This document shows, one piece after another, positions 1 through 8,991 of a stretch of DNA of 64,000 nucleotides. Position 1 is the stretch's first letter. The number at the start of each line of letters is the position of its first letter. Source of the stretch: Elusimicrobia bacterium GWB2_63_22 (GTDB lineage: Bacteria; Elusimicrobiota; Elusimicrobia; Elusimicrobiales; UBA9959). The translations under genes were made by a program, and so were the position numbers. The notes under the pieces are model-generated. The model did not search any database and had not been told where the DNA came from. It was given only the letters and a program-made list of their open reading frames with translations. The stretch is taken from assembly GCA_001799735.1 (NCBI GenBank), contig MGUA01000008.1, positions 7,175 to 71,174 of the forward strand, given 5' to 3'.

Positions 1-2
1 CT

Positions 3-1028
3 TTCCGGGCGGCCGAAGAAGTGCTGGACGCGCCCGACGCCGGCACGGTGCTGTCGCGGCTGTGGAACCCGTGGGGTGATCGGTCCTCGGCCATGCCGCG
101 GGGGTTCTTTCCCGCCCGCCTGGAAAAACTGGCCGCCGCCAGGCTCAGCCCGGAGCTGGAGCCTTACCGCGCCTTCCTGCGCGGCGCGCTGCTTTACTAC
201 ACCGGCGACTATCCCGGCGCCCTGCGCTCTTTTGATAAACTGCCCGCCCTGCCGGCGGAGCGCTACGGCTGGATGCGCTTCCCCGCCGGCCTGGCCGCGC
301 TGTACAGGCTGGATTTCAGCCGCGCCCTGAAAGAATTTTCCGCGAGCGAGAAAGCTATGGTCTCCATGGTTACCTCCATGGGCCGCCTGGCCGAAGTGTA
401 TTTCTGCACCGGCCGCGTCGCAGCCGGACTTAAAAAACTGCGCGGGGCGCAGGAGCTTGCCCCGCTGTGGGCCCGGGCCGGCCTGCTGGCCTGGGAGGGG
501 CAGCTGCTGCTTTTCGCCGGCAAGTATAAGGAGTCCCTCGCGCCGCTGGGCGAAGGCGCCCGGCGCGGCGACGACGCCGCCTACTGCTGGCGCGGCGCCG
601 CGCTGCTGCGGCTGGGCCGCCTGCGGGAGGCGCTGGCGGACCTGGACAAGGCCGTAGAGCTTTTTCCCACCGACAGGGAAGCGCGGACCTGGCGGACCGA
701 AGCCCGCCGCCTGGCCGGCGACCCGGCGGGGGCGCTGGCGGACCTGGAGTCGGTGCTGGCCCACGGGCCCAATAACTGGGCCTATATAAACCGCGCGCTG
801 CTGCGGAGCGACGCCGGCGACGAGAAGGGCATGCGCGAGGATTTCCGGAGGGTGGCCCCTGAAATACGCCGGGCCCTGGCGCGCGCTGCCGGGGGGCGGA
901 GCGTCCTCGCGAGGCTGGAAAAGGCGAGCGAGCTGGCCCTGGGCGACCGCCGCGACGAGAGCTATTTCAGCTATGCGTGGCTGCGCCGCGCCGCCGGCCG
1001 TTTTACAAAGCGCCGCGTCATTGACTAG
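3..1028 (+). CDS. TPR-repeat protein, probably 5'-partial (frame is open to the window edge)
   Basis: Frame of ORF 21..1028 has no stop back to nt 3. Ala/Leu/Arg-rich helical repeats with TPR-like spacing (e.g. ALLYYTGDYPGALRSFDK, AYCWRGAALLRLGRLREALADLDKAVELFP). Confidence 0.55.
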   Translation, partial: FRAAEEVLDAPDAGTVLSRLWNPWGDRSSAMPRGFFPARLEKLAAARLSPELEPYRAFLRGALLYYTGDYPGALRSFDKLPALPAERYGWMRFPAGLAALYRLDFSRALKEFSASEKAMVSMVTSMGRLAEVYFCTGRVAAGLKKLRGAQELAPLWARAGLLAWEGQLLLFAGKYKESLAPLGEGARRGDDAAYCWRGAALLRLGRLREALADLDKAVELFPTDREARTWRTEARRLAGDPAGALADLESVLAHGPNNWAYINRALLRSDAGDEKGMREDFRRVAPEIRRALARAAGGRSVLARLEKASELALGDRRDESYFSYAWLRRAAGRFTKRRVID

Positions 1029-1062
1029 AATATTATTGGATTTGAATACTTCAGGAGGAAAA

Positions 1063-2253
1063 ATGAACAACGCAGAACTCATCCGCAAGGCCGCCGACAA
1101 ATATAAGAAAGACATCGTGGCCTTCGCCCGCAACATCATCCGCACCCCCAGCTTCTCCTGCCAGGAAGGCAAGCTCGTGGAGCTGATCAAGAAGGAGATG
1201 GTGAAGGTCGGGTTCGACAAGGTGAAGATCGACTCGATGGGCAACATCATCGGCTTCATCGGCCACGGCAAAAAGAAGATCATGATGGACGCCCACATCG
1301 ACACCGTCGGTATCGGCGACCCCAAGGCCTGGAAGATAGACCCCTTCGCGGGCATCTACAAGAACGACACCATTTACGGCCGCGGCGCCACCGACCAGAA
1401 GCTGTCGATGGCCTCCATGGTCTACGCCGGCAAGATCATAAAGGACCTCAAGCTCCAAGGCGACTACACCCTTATGGTGGTCGGCTCCGTGATGGAGGAG
1501 GACTGTGACGGCCTGCCGCTGCTGCACATCATCAAAAAAGAGGGTATCCGCCCCGACTTCGTGGTGATCACCGAGCCCACCGACCTGAAGGTCTACCGCG
1601 GCCACCGCGGCCGCATGGAGATGAAGGTCATCACCAAGGGCCGCTCCTGCCACGCCTCCGCCCCCGAGCGCGGCGACAACGCCGTGGTGAAGATGGCCGA
1701 CATCACCAAGGAAATAACCGCCCTGAACAAGCGGCTCAAGGTGGACAAGTTCATCGGCAAAGGCACCGTGGCCGTTACCGCCATAGAGTGCAAGACCCCG
1801 TCCTACAACGCCGTGCCCGACGAATGCACTATCTACCTGGACCGCCGCCTGACCATAGGCGAGACGCTCAAGAGCTCGGTGGCCGAGATACAGCGCCTGC
1901 CCTCCGTGAAGCGGGCCAAGGCCAAGGTGGAAGTGCTGCAGTACGACGCCGTGGCCTGGACCGGCCTGAAAGTGGGCCAGGAAAAATATTTCCCGACCTG
2001 GGTGCTGCCGCGCGAACACAAGCTGGTGAACGCCGGCGTGGAAGCGGGGAAAGTGGCCCTCAAGAAAATGCCCGTGGTGGATAAGTGGGTGTTCTCCACC
2101 AACGGCGTGGCTTCGGCCGGCCGCCTGGGCATCCCCACCATCGGCTTCGGCCCCGGCAACGAGGTGCACGCGCACACCGTCAACGAGTTCATGCCGGCCG
2201 AGGACCTGGTGAAAGCCGCCGCGTTCTACGCCGCGCTGCCGCAGTTCCTGTAA
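1063..2253 (+). CDS. ygeY: YgeY-type M20 family peptidase/deacylase
   Basis: ATG at 1063 preceded by AGGAGGA. Long collinear identity blocks to my recollection of E. coli YgeY (MASMVYAGKIIKDL, YRGHRGRMEMKV, SAPERGDNA, DKWVFSTNGV, GFGPG). The 973 start in the track would overlap the upstream gene. Confidence 0.88.
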   Translation: MNNAELIRKAADKYKKDIVAFARNIIRTPSFSCQEGKLVELIKKEMVKVGFDKVKIDSMGNIIGFIGHGKKKIMMDAHIDTVGIGDPKAWKIDPFAGIYKNDTIYGRGATDQKLSMASMVYAGKIIKDLKLQGDYTLMVVGSVMEEDCDGLPLLHIIKKEGIRPDFVVITEPTDLKVYRGHRGRMEMKVITKGRSCHASAPERGDNAVVKMADITKEITALNKRLKVDKFIGKGTVAVTAIECKTPSYNAVPDECTIYLDRRLTIGETLKSSVAEIQRLPSVKRAKAKVEVLQYDAVAWTGLKVGQEKYFPTWVLPREHKLVNAGVEAGKVALKKMPVVDKWVFSTNGVASAGRLGIPTIGFGPGNEVHAHTVNEFMPAEDLVKAAAFYAALPQFL

Positions 2254-2272
2254 CAGGGGCTGCCTGAAAAAT

Positions 2273-2310
2273 AAAAGGCCGGTCACTTAACGTGACCGGC
2301 CTTTTATTTT
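2273..2310. terminator. Bidirectional intrinsic terminator between convergent genes
   Basis: AAAAGGCCGGTCAC / loop TTAAC / GTGACCGGCCTTTT, with an A-run on one side and a T-run on the other. Confidence 0.65.
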
Positions 2311-2320
2311 ATGTCCCGGC

Positions 2321-3793
2321 TCAGGCCGAGTGCTTTATGGAGGCCGGGGTGGCGCGCTTAAAGGCCCAGTCGCGGATGGCCTTGACCTGTTCGGACATGG
2401 TCTTGGAGAGCGGCACCATGCTGTGCGTCTGCAGCCAGATGTCGTCGGTGGTTACCGGCTTGCCCGACTGGCGCGCGTCGATGCGCGTGGCGATAATGGC
2501 CTGCTCTATCTCCGCGCCGCTCCAGCCGCTGGTGCAGGCGATGAGGCGGGGGATATCTATGCCGGAGGCGGTGCCCAGGTTGCGCTCCAGGTGGATCTGC
2601 AGGATCTGCGCGCGCTCGACATCGTCGGGCAGGTCGCAGAAGAACACCTGGTCGAAGCGGCCCTTGCGGATGACCTCGGCCGGCAGCATCTCGATGCGGT
2701 TGGCCGTGGCCGCCACAAAGATGAGCGGCGGCTTCTCCTGCATCCAGGTCAGGAATTCCGAGAAGATCATGGATTGCGGCGTGGCGGCTTCCTTCGGGAT
2801 GCTGAGACTGCTCTCCATCTCGTCTATCCAGAGCACGGCGGGCGCTATGCTCTCGATGGTGTCCAGGGCCCTGCGGAAAGCGGTTTCGGGGCTGCCGTAC
2901 TGGCCCGAGAAGACCATGCTCATGTTCAGGCGGAACAGCGGGACGTGCCAGAGCCCGGCGATGGCCTTGGCCAGCAGGCTCTTGCCGCAGCCGCTGACGC
3001 CCATTACCAGCACCCCTTTCGGGATCGGCATGCCGGAGTTGACGGCTTCCTGGTTGAACAGGTCCTTGCGCTTGGCCGCCCAGCTCTTTACGTTCTCCAG
3101 GCCGCCGACCGCGCTGGTGTCCACCTTGAGCGGCACGAACTCCAGGAAGCCCGCCTTCTTGGCGAGCATGCCCTTTTCGGCGAAGATCTCGTCGAGGATC
3201 TTGTGCTCCGAGGTGCCGGCGCTGAAAATGCGGTACAGCATGTGGTCGACTTCGGTCATGGTCAGGCCGCGCAGGGCCAGGACGATCTGCGGCTTGAGCT
3301 GCTCCGGCAGCGCCGCGCCGGGGAACTGCCGCTCTATGGCCAGCATCCGCGCCGCCAGCTCGTCCCCGGTGGGCACGTCCAGCTCTACCTGGCAGATCTC
3401 TTTTTCCAGGGATTCCGGCACCCCCGCCAGCGGCGAGATGAGCACGAGGGCCGACTGGTAGTCGCGGGCGGCGGAAAAATAGATCTCGCGCAGGCCGCGG
3501 ACCACCCGCGGGTCCGTCATGAAGTCCGCGAGGTCCTTCATTACGCAGAAGCCGCGCCGGGGCCGGGCGATGAGCTGCTGCAGCGCCGCCGCGGGGTCGC
3601 GCGTATCCACGCCTTCCACCGCCGGTTCCAGGCCGCGGACGCAGCTCCAGGTGCTGGACGTGCCGCCCGGGAAGCAAAGCTGCTCCAGCGGCTTGAGCCG
3701 CGCGATCACGCGGTCCTCTTCGGAGGTGTGCACGTGGATCAGCGGGCTGCGGCCCTGTACGGCGCGGACTACCTGTTCTTCAAATCTGGACAT
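2321..3793 (-). CDS. AAA+ ATPase, Ycf46-like architecture
   Basis: Walker A GVSGCGKSLLAKAIA, Walker B VLWIDEME, a C-terminal AAA lid and a roughly 230-aa N-terminal domain. Overall about 490 aa, as in Ycf46-type ATPases. No GAFTGA loop and no HTH. Confidence 0.8.
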   Translation of the reverse strand: MSRFEEQVVRAVQGRSPLIHVHTSEEDRVIARLKPLEQLCFPGGTSSTWSCVRGLEPAVEGVDTRDPAAALQQLIARPRRGFCVMKDLADFMTDPRVVRGLREIYFSAARDYQSALVLISPLAGVPESLEKEICQVELDVPTGDELAARMLAIERQFPGAALPEQLKPQIVLALRGLTMTEVDHMLYRIFSAGTSEHKILDEIFAEKGMLAKKAGFLEFVPLKVDTSAVGGLENVKSWAAKRKDLFNQEAVNSGMPIPKGVLVMGVSGCGKSLLAKAIAGLWHVPLFRLNMSMVFSGQYGSPETAFRRALDTIESIAPAVLWIDEMESSLSIPKEAATPQSMIFSEFLTWMQEKPPLIFVAATANRIEMLPAEVIRKGRFDQVFFCDLPDDVERAQILQIHLERNLGTASGIDIPRLIACTSGWSGAEIEQAIIATRIDARQSGKPVTTDDIWLQTHSMVPLSKTMSEQVKAIRDWAFKRATPASIKHSA

Positions 3794-3902
3794 AGTTGGG
3801 TTTTTCCTGCTGCTGTTTTTAATATGTTACAAATTTTGCCCCCGCCGGGGCCGCCTGTTGCGGTACCCGCGCCAGCATTGTTATCATAAGGTAACCGCAA
3901 CT

Positions 3903-4748
3903 ATGGCGCCTGTGAACTTGAAACTATCCGATTTTTCCGGGATGCGGGCCAAGGACGTCCTTGGCCTGTGGTACGGCTATAAAAAAATAATTTCGGCCGG
4001 GCTGGACCCCGGCCCGGCGAAAAAACTGGAAAAAGTTTTCTCCGGGTACGGCCTGGTCTTCGAGCGGATAGACGAGAGCTACGATTATAAAGGGCGCAGC
4101 CGCACCTACCTGGTCGCCAAAAAGACTTCTTATCTGAAAGCGGCGGCCGCCGCCTACTACGACAGCCGCTACGACGCCGTGGGCGCGCTGCTGGGCTACC
4201 CGGCCTGCTGCGTTAAGAAGCACAACGCCATTATCCGCGGCAAAGGCCCGATGAACGATTTTGTCCGGCGGTCCGCCGCCGGTACGGGCAGGTTCCGCTG
4301 GGAGCTGAACAATATCCTGGATTTCGACGGGCGCCTGAACGGGGAGCGCGCCGCCGGGTTCGACGTTTCCCTGGTGCCTCACGCCTCCCTCATCTCCCAT
4401 AACCCCTGCGCCTACGACTGCGCGCCCAGCCTCAAGATCGCCCGGCTCAACCTGGCCCTGCTGCGTCGGCACGGGGCGGGGAGCGAGGCGGACCCGGCGC
4501 TGCTGGCCAGGCCCGTGCTGTACGCCGACGACTTCAACTTCGCCGTGCTTAACGGGACGTCCGGCCCCGGCGGGGCGGCCTACTCGGGTACTGCCTGCGT
4601 GCTGGGCCTGGAGGAGCTCCGCGGGGCGCTCGGCCGCTGCGACCTGGCCGCGGTTTCCGGCCGGCGCCTTACGCTCTCGCGCAAAGGCCGGCCGGTGCTG
4701 CAAAAAGATTTCCCCGTAAAGCCCCTGCTCCTGCCTTTCGCCCTATGA
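3903..4748 (+). CDS. Uncharacterised Cys-rich protein (LLGYPACC ... HNPCAYDC), paralog of 31976..32875
   Basis: First ATG of the long ORF that does not overlap the divergent AAA gene. Shares ordered motifs with the second copy. Confidence 0.6.
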   Translation: MAPVNLKLSDFSGMRAKDVLGLWYGYKKIISAGLDPGPAKKLEKVFSGYGLVFERIDESYDYKGRSRTYLVAKKTSYLKAAAAAYYDSRYDAVGALLGYPACCVKKHNAIIRGKGPMNDFVRRSAAGTGRFRWELNNILDFDGRLNGERAAGFDVSLVPHASLISHNPCAYDCAPSLKIARLNLALLRRHGAGSEADPALLARPVLYADDFNFAVLNGTSGPGGAAYSGTACVLGLEELRGALGRCDLAAVSGRRLTLSRKGRPVLQKDFPVKPLLLPFAL

Positions 4749-6766
4749 CCATGCCCGCGGCGGCACTGGCCGTCCTGTTCTCCTTGCTGCCCCGGCCCGC
4801 CGGCGCGGGGGAGGCCGGGCTGGAGAAAACCCTCTGCGGCGACGTAAAGAAGCCGTTCTTCTCCGTCGACTGCGCTTACGACGGCGCCTGCCGGGCACGG
4901 CCGCAGCGGGCCGGCAGCGGGGCCGCGGCCTTCGGCGTGCCTAAGCCGGCCGGGGTTAAACGGGTATTCCTGGTGGGCGAGTCGGTGGCCCAGCTCCTGG
5001 GGACTCCCGGGGCCGGCTCCGGGGCCGAGATCGTAAATTGCGGCATGGGCGGCTATGAAAGCTCCCGCCTGAAGGACGTCTTTTCGGAAGTGCTCCGCTA
5101 TGAACCTGACCTGGTGGTGGTGCTGAGCGGCAATAACGAAGGGCCGGAGTATCCCTGCCCCGGCCTCGGGCCTGACCTGCGGCGCCGCCGCCTGCGCCTG
5201 CTGGAAAGGTTCTACTCCCTCACGTCTTCTGAATTACCGCCGGCCGTCCGGGCTTCCCTGAAGACCCACGAAGAGCGGCTGGAGGCCATGGCCGCTATGG
5301 CGGCTGAAAAAAAGGTGCCGCTGGTGTTCTGCACGCTGCCGGCCAACCTGGAGCTGCCTCCGCCGGGCCCGCTGCCTTTGGAAAACGAGCTGTTCGCCAG
5401 GGGCCTGTACCTGTTCGAAAAAAAAGATTTCAAGGCCGCAGCCGCCGCGTTCTCGGAACGCCTGGCCGCGGCCGGGACGGACCTGCACGCGCGCTTCTAC
5501 CTCGCCCGCGCGCTGGGAGCGCTGGGCCGCCCTGCCGAGGCCCGGGAGCAATATTTAAAAGTCGTTGAACTGGACCCGGCGCAGGGCCGCGCTTCGGGAG
5601 CGCGCAACGCCATGATAAGGCGCCTGGCGGCGCGGAGCGGGGCCGGGCTCTGCGATCTGGAGAAAATTTTTTCGGCGCTGTCCCCGGGCGGCCTGACGGG
5701 CTTCGGCCTTTTCTCCGACGGCGCGCACTGGCGGCAGGCTTACGGCCCCCCGGTCTGGAGGGAGATAGCGGCGGCCGCTGCGGCCAAAGGTATTTCATTG
5801 AAGGCCCCTGCCGCGGCGGGGGCGCCGGGCGGGAAAATTCCGGACGAAGAGCTGCGCAAGACCTTTTCTTACGCCGTGAGCGGCATCGACGCCGCCGGGG
5901 CGCATGGCGCCGACGGCAACACGCTGGCCGCCGGGGTGCTCAGCGAGCCGGCGCTGGCCGAGCTGGCTTTCCTGGACCGGGAAAGGCCGGGCCTGCTGAA
6001 AGGGCTGGCGCGGTCCGAAGCGGATTTTTTTGAGTTCTTCATCAGCAACGCCTGGTCCGCCGGTACGGCCGGGCGCCTGCCGGGACTGCGTTGGGACTTC
6101 ATGGCCCACCTGGCCGAACTGGAGCGCCGCAAGGGAAATTACAGGGAGGCGCTAGGTTTAACGGAGTCGGCTATTGAAGAGCTGCCGGACAGGATTTTCT
6201 ACAGGCTGATCAAGGCGCAGGCCCTGCACGGGCTGGGGCTGGAAAAAGAGGCCGCCGCTGAATTCGGCCTGCTTTACGGAGCGCCGGCGCTCAGGGCAAA
6301 GGCCTTAGCCGCCGCCCGGGCCCGCGGCCTGGACGTGCCCCCGTGGGCGGTTTCGGATAAAGCGGCCGGGGAGGAGAGGAAAGCTTCCAAGAAACTGTCC
6401 GACGAGGGCGTGGCGCTGGCCCGCTCCGGGGACGCCGCGGGCGCGGCAGCCCTGCTGGAGAAAGCCGTGGCCGCGTATCCCGGCAACGCCGAAGCGCGCT
6501 TTAGCCTCTGCTCGCTCGCTTTCTCCCGGAAAGACTACAAGGCCGCGCTGGCGGCCTGCGGCCTGGTGCGGCCGGCGGCGGCCTCCTACCCGGCCGGGCT
6601 GCGCGCCGGGATAACGGCCGACGCGCTTTACCTGGAAGGCCGCATCCTGGCCGAGGTTAAAAACCCCCTGGCGGCCCGGCACTTGCAGACGGCCCTGGAG
6701 CTGGCGCCCGCCGGCTGGCCGAGGCGCGCCGAGGCGCAGGCTATGCTGGGGACTATCCGCAGGTAG
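4745..6766 (+). CDS. Secreted SGNH/GDSL-like hydrolase domain fused to TPR repeats
   Basis: N-terminal signal-like segment. SGNH blocks FLVGESVAQ (Ser), NCGMGGY (Gly), LSGNNE (Asn). The C-terminal two thirds are TPR-like. ATGA overlap with the upstream gene. Confidence 0.6.
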   Translation: MTMPAAALAVLFSLLPRPAGAGEAGLEKTLCGDVKKPFFSVDCAYDGACRARPQRAGSGAAAFGVPKPAGVKRVFLVGESVAQLLGTPGAGSGAEIVNCGMGGYESSRLKDVFSEVLRYEPDLVVVLSGNNEGPEYPCPGLGPDLRRRRLRLLERFYSLTSSELPPAVRASLKTHEERLEAMAAMAAEKKVPLVFCTLPANLELPPPGPLPLENELFARGLYLFEKKDFKAAAAAFSERLAAAGTDLHARFYLARALGALGRPAEAREQYLKVVELDPAQGRASGARNAMIRRLAARSGAGLCDLEKIFSALSPGGLTGFGLFSDGAHWRQAYGPPVWREIAAAAAAKGISLKAPAAAGAPGGKIPDEELRKTFSYAVSGIDAAGAHGADGNTLAAGVLSEPALAELAFLDRERPGLLKGLARSEADFFEFFISNAWSAGTAGRLPGLRWDFMAHLAELERRKGNYREALGLTESAIEELPDRIFYRLIKAQALHGLGLEKEAAAEFGLLYGAPALRAKALAAARARGLDVPPWAVSDKAAGEERKASKKLSDEGVALARSGDAAGAAALLEKAVAAYPGNAEARFSLCSLAFSRKDYKAALAACGLVRPAAASYPAGLRAGITADALYLEGRILAEVKNPLAARHLQTALELAPAGWPRRAEAQAMLGTIRR

Positions 6767-6767
6767 G

Positions 6768-6986
6768 CTACCACATCTTTTCGAAGTCTGAGGGTGAGAA
6801 AACTTTTTCCCGGGGGCGCAGGCGCGGGCCGCCGGCGGGCCGCCGCAGGCCGAGGAAATCCCCGTGGAACGCTCTGTGCAGAAACGCCGCCGGGACGAGT
6901 ATGGCCCAATAAATGCAGAACAGCGCCGCGCCGGAGAGGGCGGCGGCCAGGAAGGTTTTAAATTTAAGCAGCGCGGTGTAGAGCAT
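6768..6986 (-). CDS. Small membrane protein, SxtJ-like (short)
   Basis: ATG overlaps the TGA of the upstream small ORF (TGATG). One hydrophobic segment plus a C-terminal tail ending ...DFEKMW, resembling SxtJ-family tails found after NodU-type carbamoyltransferases. An alternative upstream start cannot be excluded. Confidence 0.4.
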   Translation of the reverse strand: MLYTALLKFKTFLAAALSGAALFCIYWAILVPAAFLHRAFHGDFLGLRRPAGGPRLRPREKVFSPSDFEKMW

Positions 6987-7135
6987 CAGAATAAAGTGTA
7001 GACGAAGGGCGTAACGGCGGCCCCGCCCGACAGCAGCAGCAGGGCCCCGGCCGCCAGCAGCGCCAGTATCACCGGCAGCAGCCACCATTTTTTCCTCTCC
7101 TTCAGGAAGAGGAGCATATCCCGTAAAAATTCCAT
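6986..7135 (-). CDS. 49-aa DUF5989-like small membrane protein (below the ORF-track cutoff)
   Basis: My own translation gives MEFLRDMLLFLKERKKWWLLPVILALLAAGALLLLSGGAAVTPFVYTLF*. The KERKKWWLLP start and PFxYTLF end match the small protein family that typically follows carbamoyltransferases. Its ATG overlaps the carbamoyltransferase TAA (TAATG). Confidence 0.7.
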   Translation of the reverse strand: MEFLRDMLLFLKERKKWWLLPVILALLAAGALLLLSGGAAVTPFVYTLF

Positions 7136-8988
7136 TAACCCTGCCTCCCGGCCGGGGGCGCGGCCTTGCGGAAAATATAATTCCCGATGAACAGCGCGTC
7201 GAGCCCGGTAGCCATAAAGCAGCGCAGCGAATCTTCAGGGGAACAGACTATCGGTTCTCCCCGCACGTTGAAACTGGTGTTGAGGAGAACGCCGCAGCCG
7301 GTGAGGGCTTTAAATCCCGACAGCAGCCGGTGGAAGCGGGGATTGGCCTTGCCGTCCACCGTCTGCAGCCTGGCCGTGTAGTCCAGGTGCGTTACGGCCG
7401 GCAGGTCCGACCTGGCTATGCCGACCCGTTCGGAAGGAGCCAGGGCCGCGGTCCCGGGCGGCTCGGGCTTGCGGCGGTCCTGCCTGACCCGGTCCAGCAG
7501 CAGCATGTAGGGGGAAGAGAAACCGCCTTCGAACCAGGCGGCCGCGTCTTCGGCCAGTACGGCCGGGGCGAAAGGCCGGAAGGCCTCCCGCCGCTTTATC
7601 TTCAGGTTGACGCGCTCCTGCATCCCCGGGTCGCGGGCGTCGGCGAGGATGCTGCGGTTGCCGAGGGCCCTGGGCCCCCATTCGGCGCGCCCCTGGTGCC
7701 AGCCTATTACCCGGCCCTCCGCCAGCAGCGCCGCTGCCTCGGCGAACAGCGCGTCGTCCGAAACTTTATTGAAAGCCAGGCCCGACGCGCCCGCCGCGGC
7801 CTCTATCTCCGCGTCGGTGTACTCCGGCCCGAGCAGCGCCCCGCTCATACTGTCGCTCCCGCCGGCCTTCCGGGGTTGTTTGAAATAGATATGGTGCGCG
7901 CCCAGCGCCGCGCCGACCGCGCCGCCGGCGTCCCCGGCCGCCGGCTGCAGCCAGAGCCTCTCGAAGATCCCTTCGCGCAGCACCGCGGAGGCGGCGGCGC
8001 AGTTCAGGGCCACGCCCCCGGCGAGGCAGAGGTTGCGCGAGCCGGTCAGGCGCGCCGCCTCCCGCGCCAGCCTGATCAGGGCCTCTTCCGTCACCTGCTG
8101 CGCCGCCAGCGCCAGGTCGCAATACTCCGGCAAGAGCGGGCCTTCCGGAGCGCGCGGGGGGAACCCCAGCAGCGCCGCCCACCTGGCGTCGTCGGTCATG
8201 CGCAGGCCGGCTCCGTAGTCAAAGTAGTCCTGGTTGAGCCACACTGAACCGTCCTCGCCGAGCGAGACCAGTTCCGCGAGGATCTTCCTCTTTATTTCCT
8301 TCACGCGCTGCCCCGCCGGGTCGCCGTAAGGGGCGAGCCCCATAAGTTTGTACTCCCCGGAATTGACGCGGAAGCCGGCGTAGCAGGTAAAGGCCGAGTA
8401 GAGCAGGCCCAGCGAATGGGGGAAGCGCTGCTCGCGCAGCGCCTCAATGCCGGCGCCCGCCCCGCGGAAGATGCCGCCGCAGGCCCATTCGCCAGCCCCG
8501 TCGGCGGTAACGATGGCGGCCTCCTCGAAAGGGGACGGGTAGAAGGCGCTGGCCGCGTGGGAAAGGTGGTGCTCGGAGAAAAGAAGTTTAAGTTTGGCGG
8601 CGTCGTAAGGGGCCGCGGCGGCCAGGCCCTCGCGCAGGAGGCGCTTCATGAAGAGTTTTTCTCCGGCCCAGGCTTTAGCCGAAAGGACGAACTGCCCGCC
8701 CCCGCGGGGGGCGAAGGCGTAGGCGGTTTCCAGGAGGCGTTCGAATTTAAGCAGCGGCTTCTCGTAGAAAACCACGGCGTCCAGGGCGTCGGGGGCGAGC
8801 GCGCCCAGGCCAGCGCGCGCCCCGCCCTGCTCCAGGCAGGCTTTGACGGCGTTGGCCGGGAAGGAGCGGTCGTGCTTCTTCCTGGTGAACCGCTCCTCGT
8901 GGGCGGCAAATACGATTTCACCGTCCACGCTCAGCGCGGCGGCGGAGTCGTGGTAGAAAGCGGAGATGCCGAGTATCTTGAGGGACAT
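7135..8988 (-). CDS. NodU/CmcH-family carbamoyltransferase
   Basis: N-terminus MSLKILGISAFYHDSAAAL..., HEERFTRKKHD, and a C-terminal YrdC/Kae1-like half. About 617 aa, typical for the family. Confidence 0.9.
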   Translation of the reverse strand: MSLKILGISAFYHDSAAALSVDGEIVFAAHEERFTRKKHDRSFPANAVKACLEQGGARAGLGALAPDALDAVVFYEKPLLKFERLLETAYAFAPRGGGQFVLSAKAWAGEKLFMKRLLREGLAAAAPYDAAKLKLLFSEHHLSHAASAFYPSPFEEAAIVTADGAGEWACGGIFRGAGAGIEALREQRFPHSLGLLYSAFTCYAGFRVNSGEYKLMGLAPYGDPAGQRVKEIKRKILAELVSLGEDGSVWLNQDYFDYGAGLRMTDDARWAALLGFPPRAPEGPLLPEYCDLALAAQQVTEEALIRLAREAARLTGSRNLCLAGGVALNCAAASAVLREGIFERLWLQPAAGDAGGAVGAALGAHHIYFKQPRKAGGSDSMSGALLGPEYTDAEIEAAAGASGLAFNKVSDDALFAEAAALLAEGRVIGWHQGRAEWGPRALGNRSILADARDPGMQERVNLKIKRREAFRPFAPAVLAEDAAAWFEGGFSSPYMLLLDRVRQDRRKPEPPGTAALAPSERVGIARSDLPAVTHLDYTARLQTVDGKANPRFHRLLSGFKALTGCGVLLNTSFNVRGEPIVCSPEDSLRCFMATGLDALFIGNYIFRKAAPPAGRQG

Positions 8989-8991
8989 TCT

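Noticed and set aside
973-1062. Longer YgeY start at 973 (also 3519 for the GYPxCC gene, 22087 for clostripain, 33699 for the beta-lactamase-like gene, 41011 for ssb, 58829 for the APH-like gene).
   Set aside because: These extensions overlap neighbouring genes or structured DNA, lack an RBS, and remove or bury signal peptides or conserved N-termini. Internal ATGs with an RBS fit the homolog lengths.
2321-3793. The AAA+ ATPase as the missing sigma54 enhancer-binding protein.
   Set aside because: It has no GAFTGA loop, no C-terminal HTH and no receiver/GAF/PAS input domain. The architecture matches Ycf46-type ATPases instead.
6768-7088. A 106-aa version of the SxtJ-like ORF.
   Set aside because: Its first 34 codons overlap the well-supported DUF5989-like ORF in another frame. 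The internal ATG forms a TGATG coupling with that ORF. An alternative start still cannot be fully excluded.
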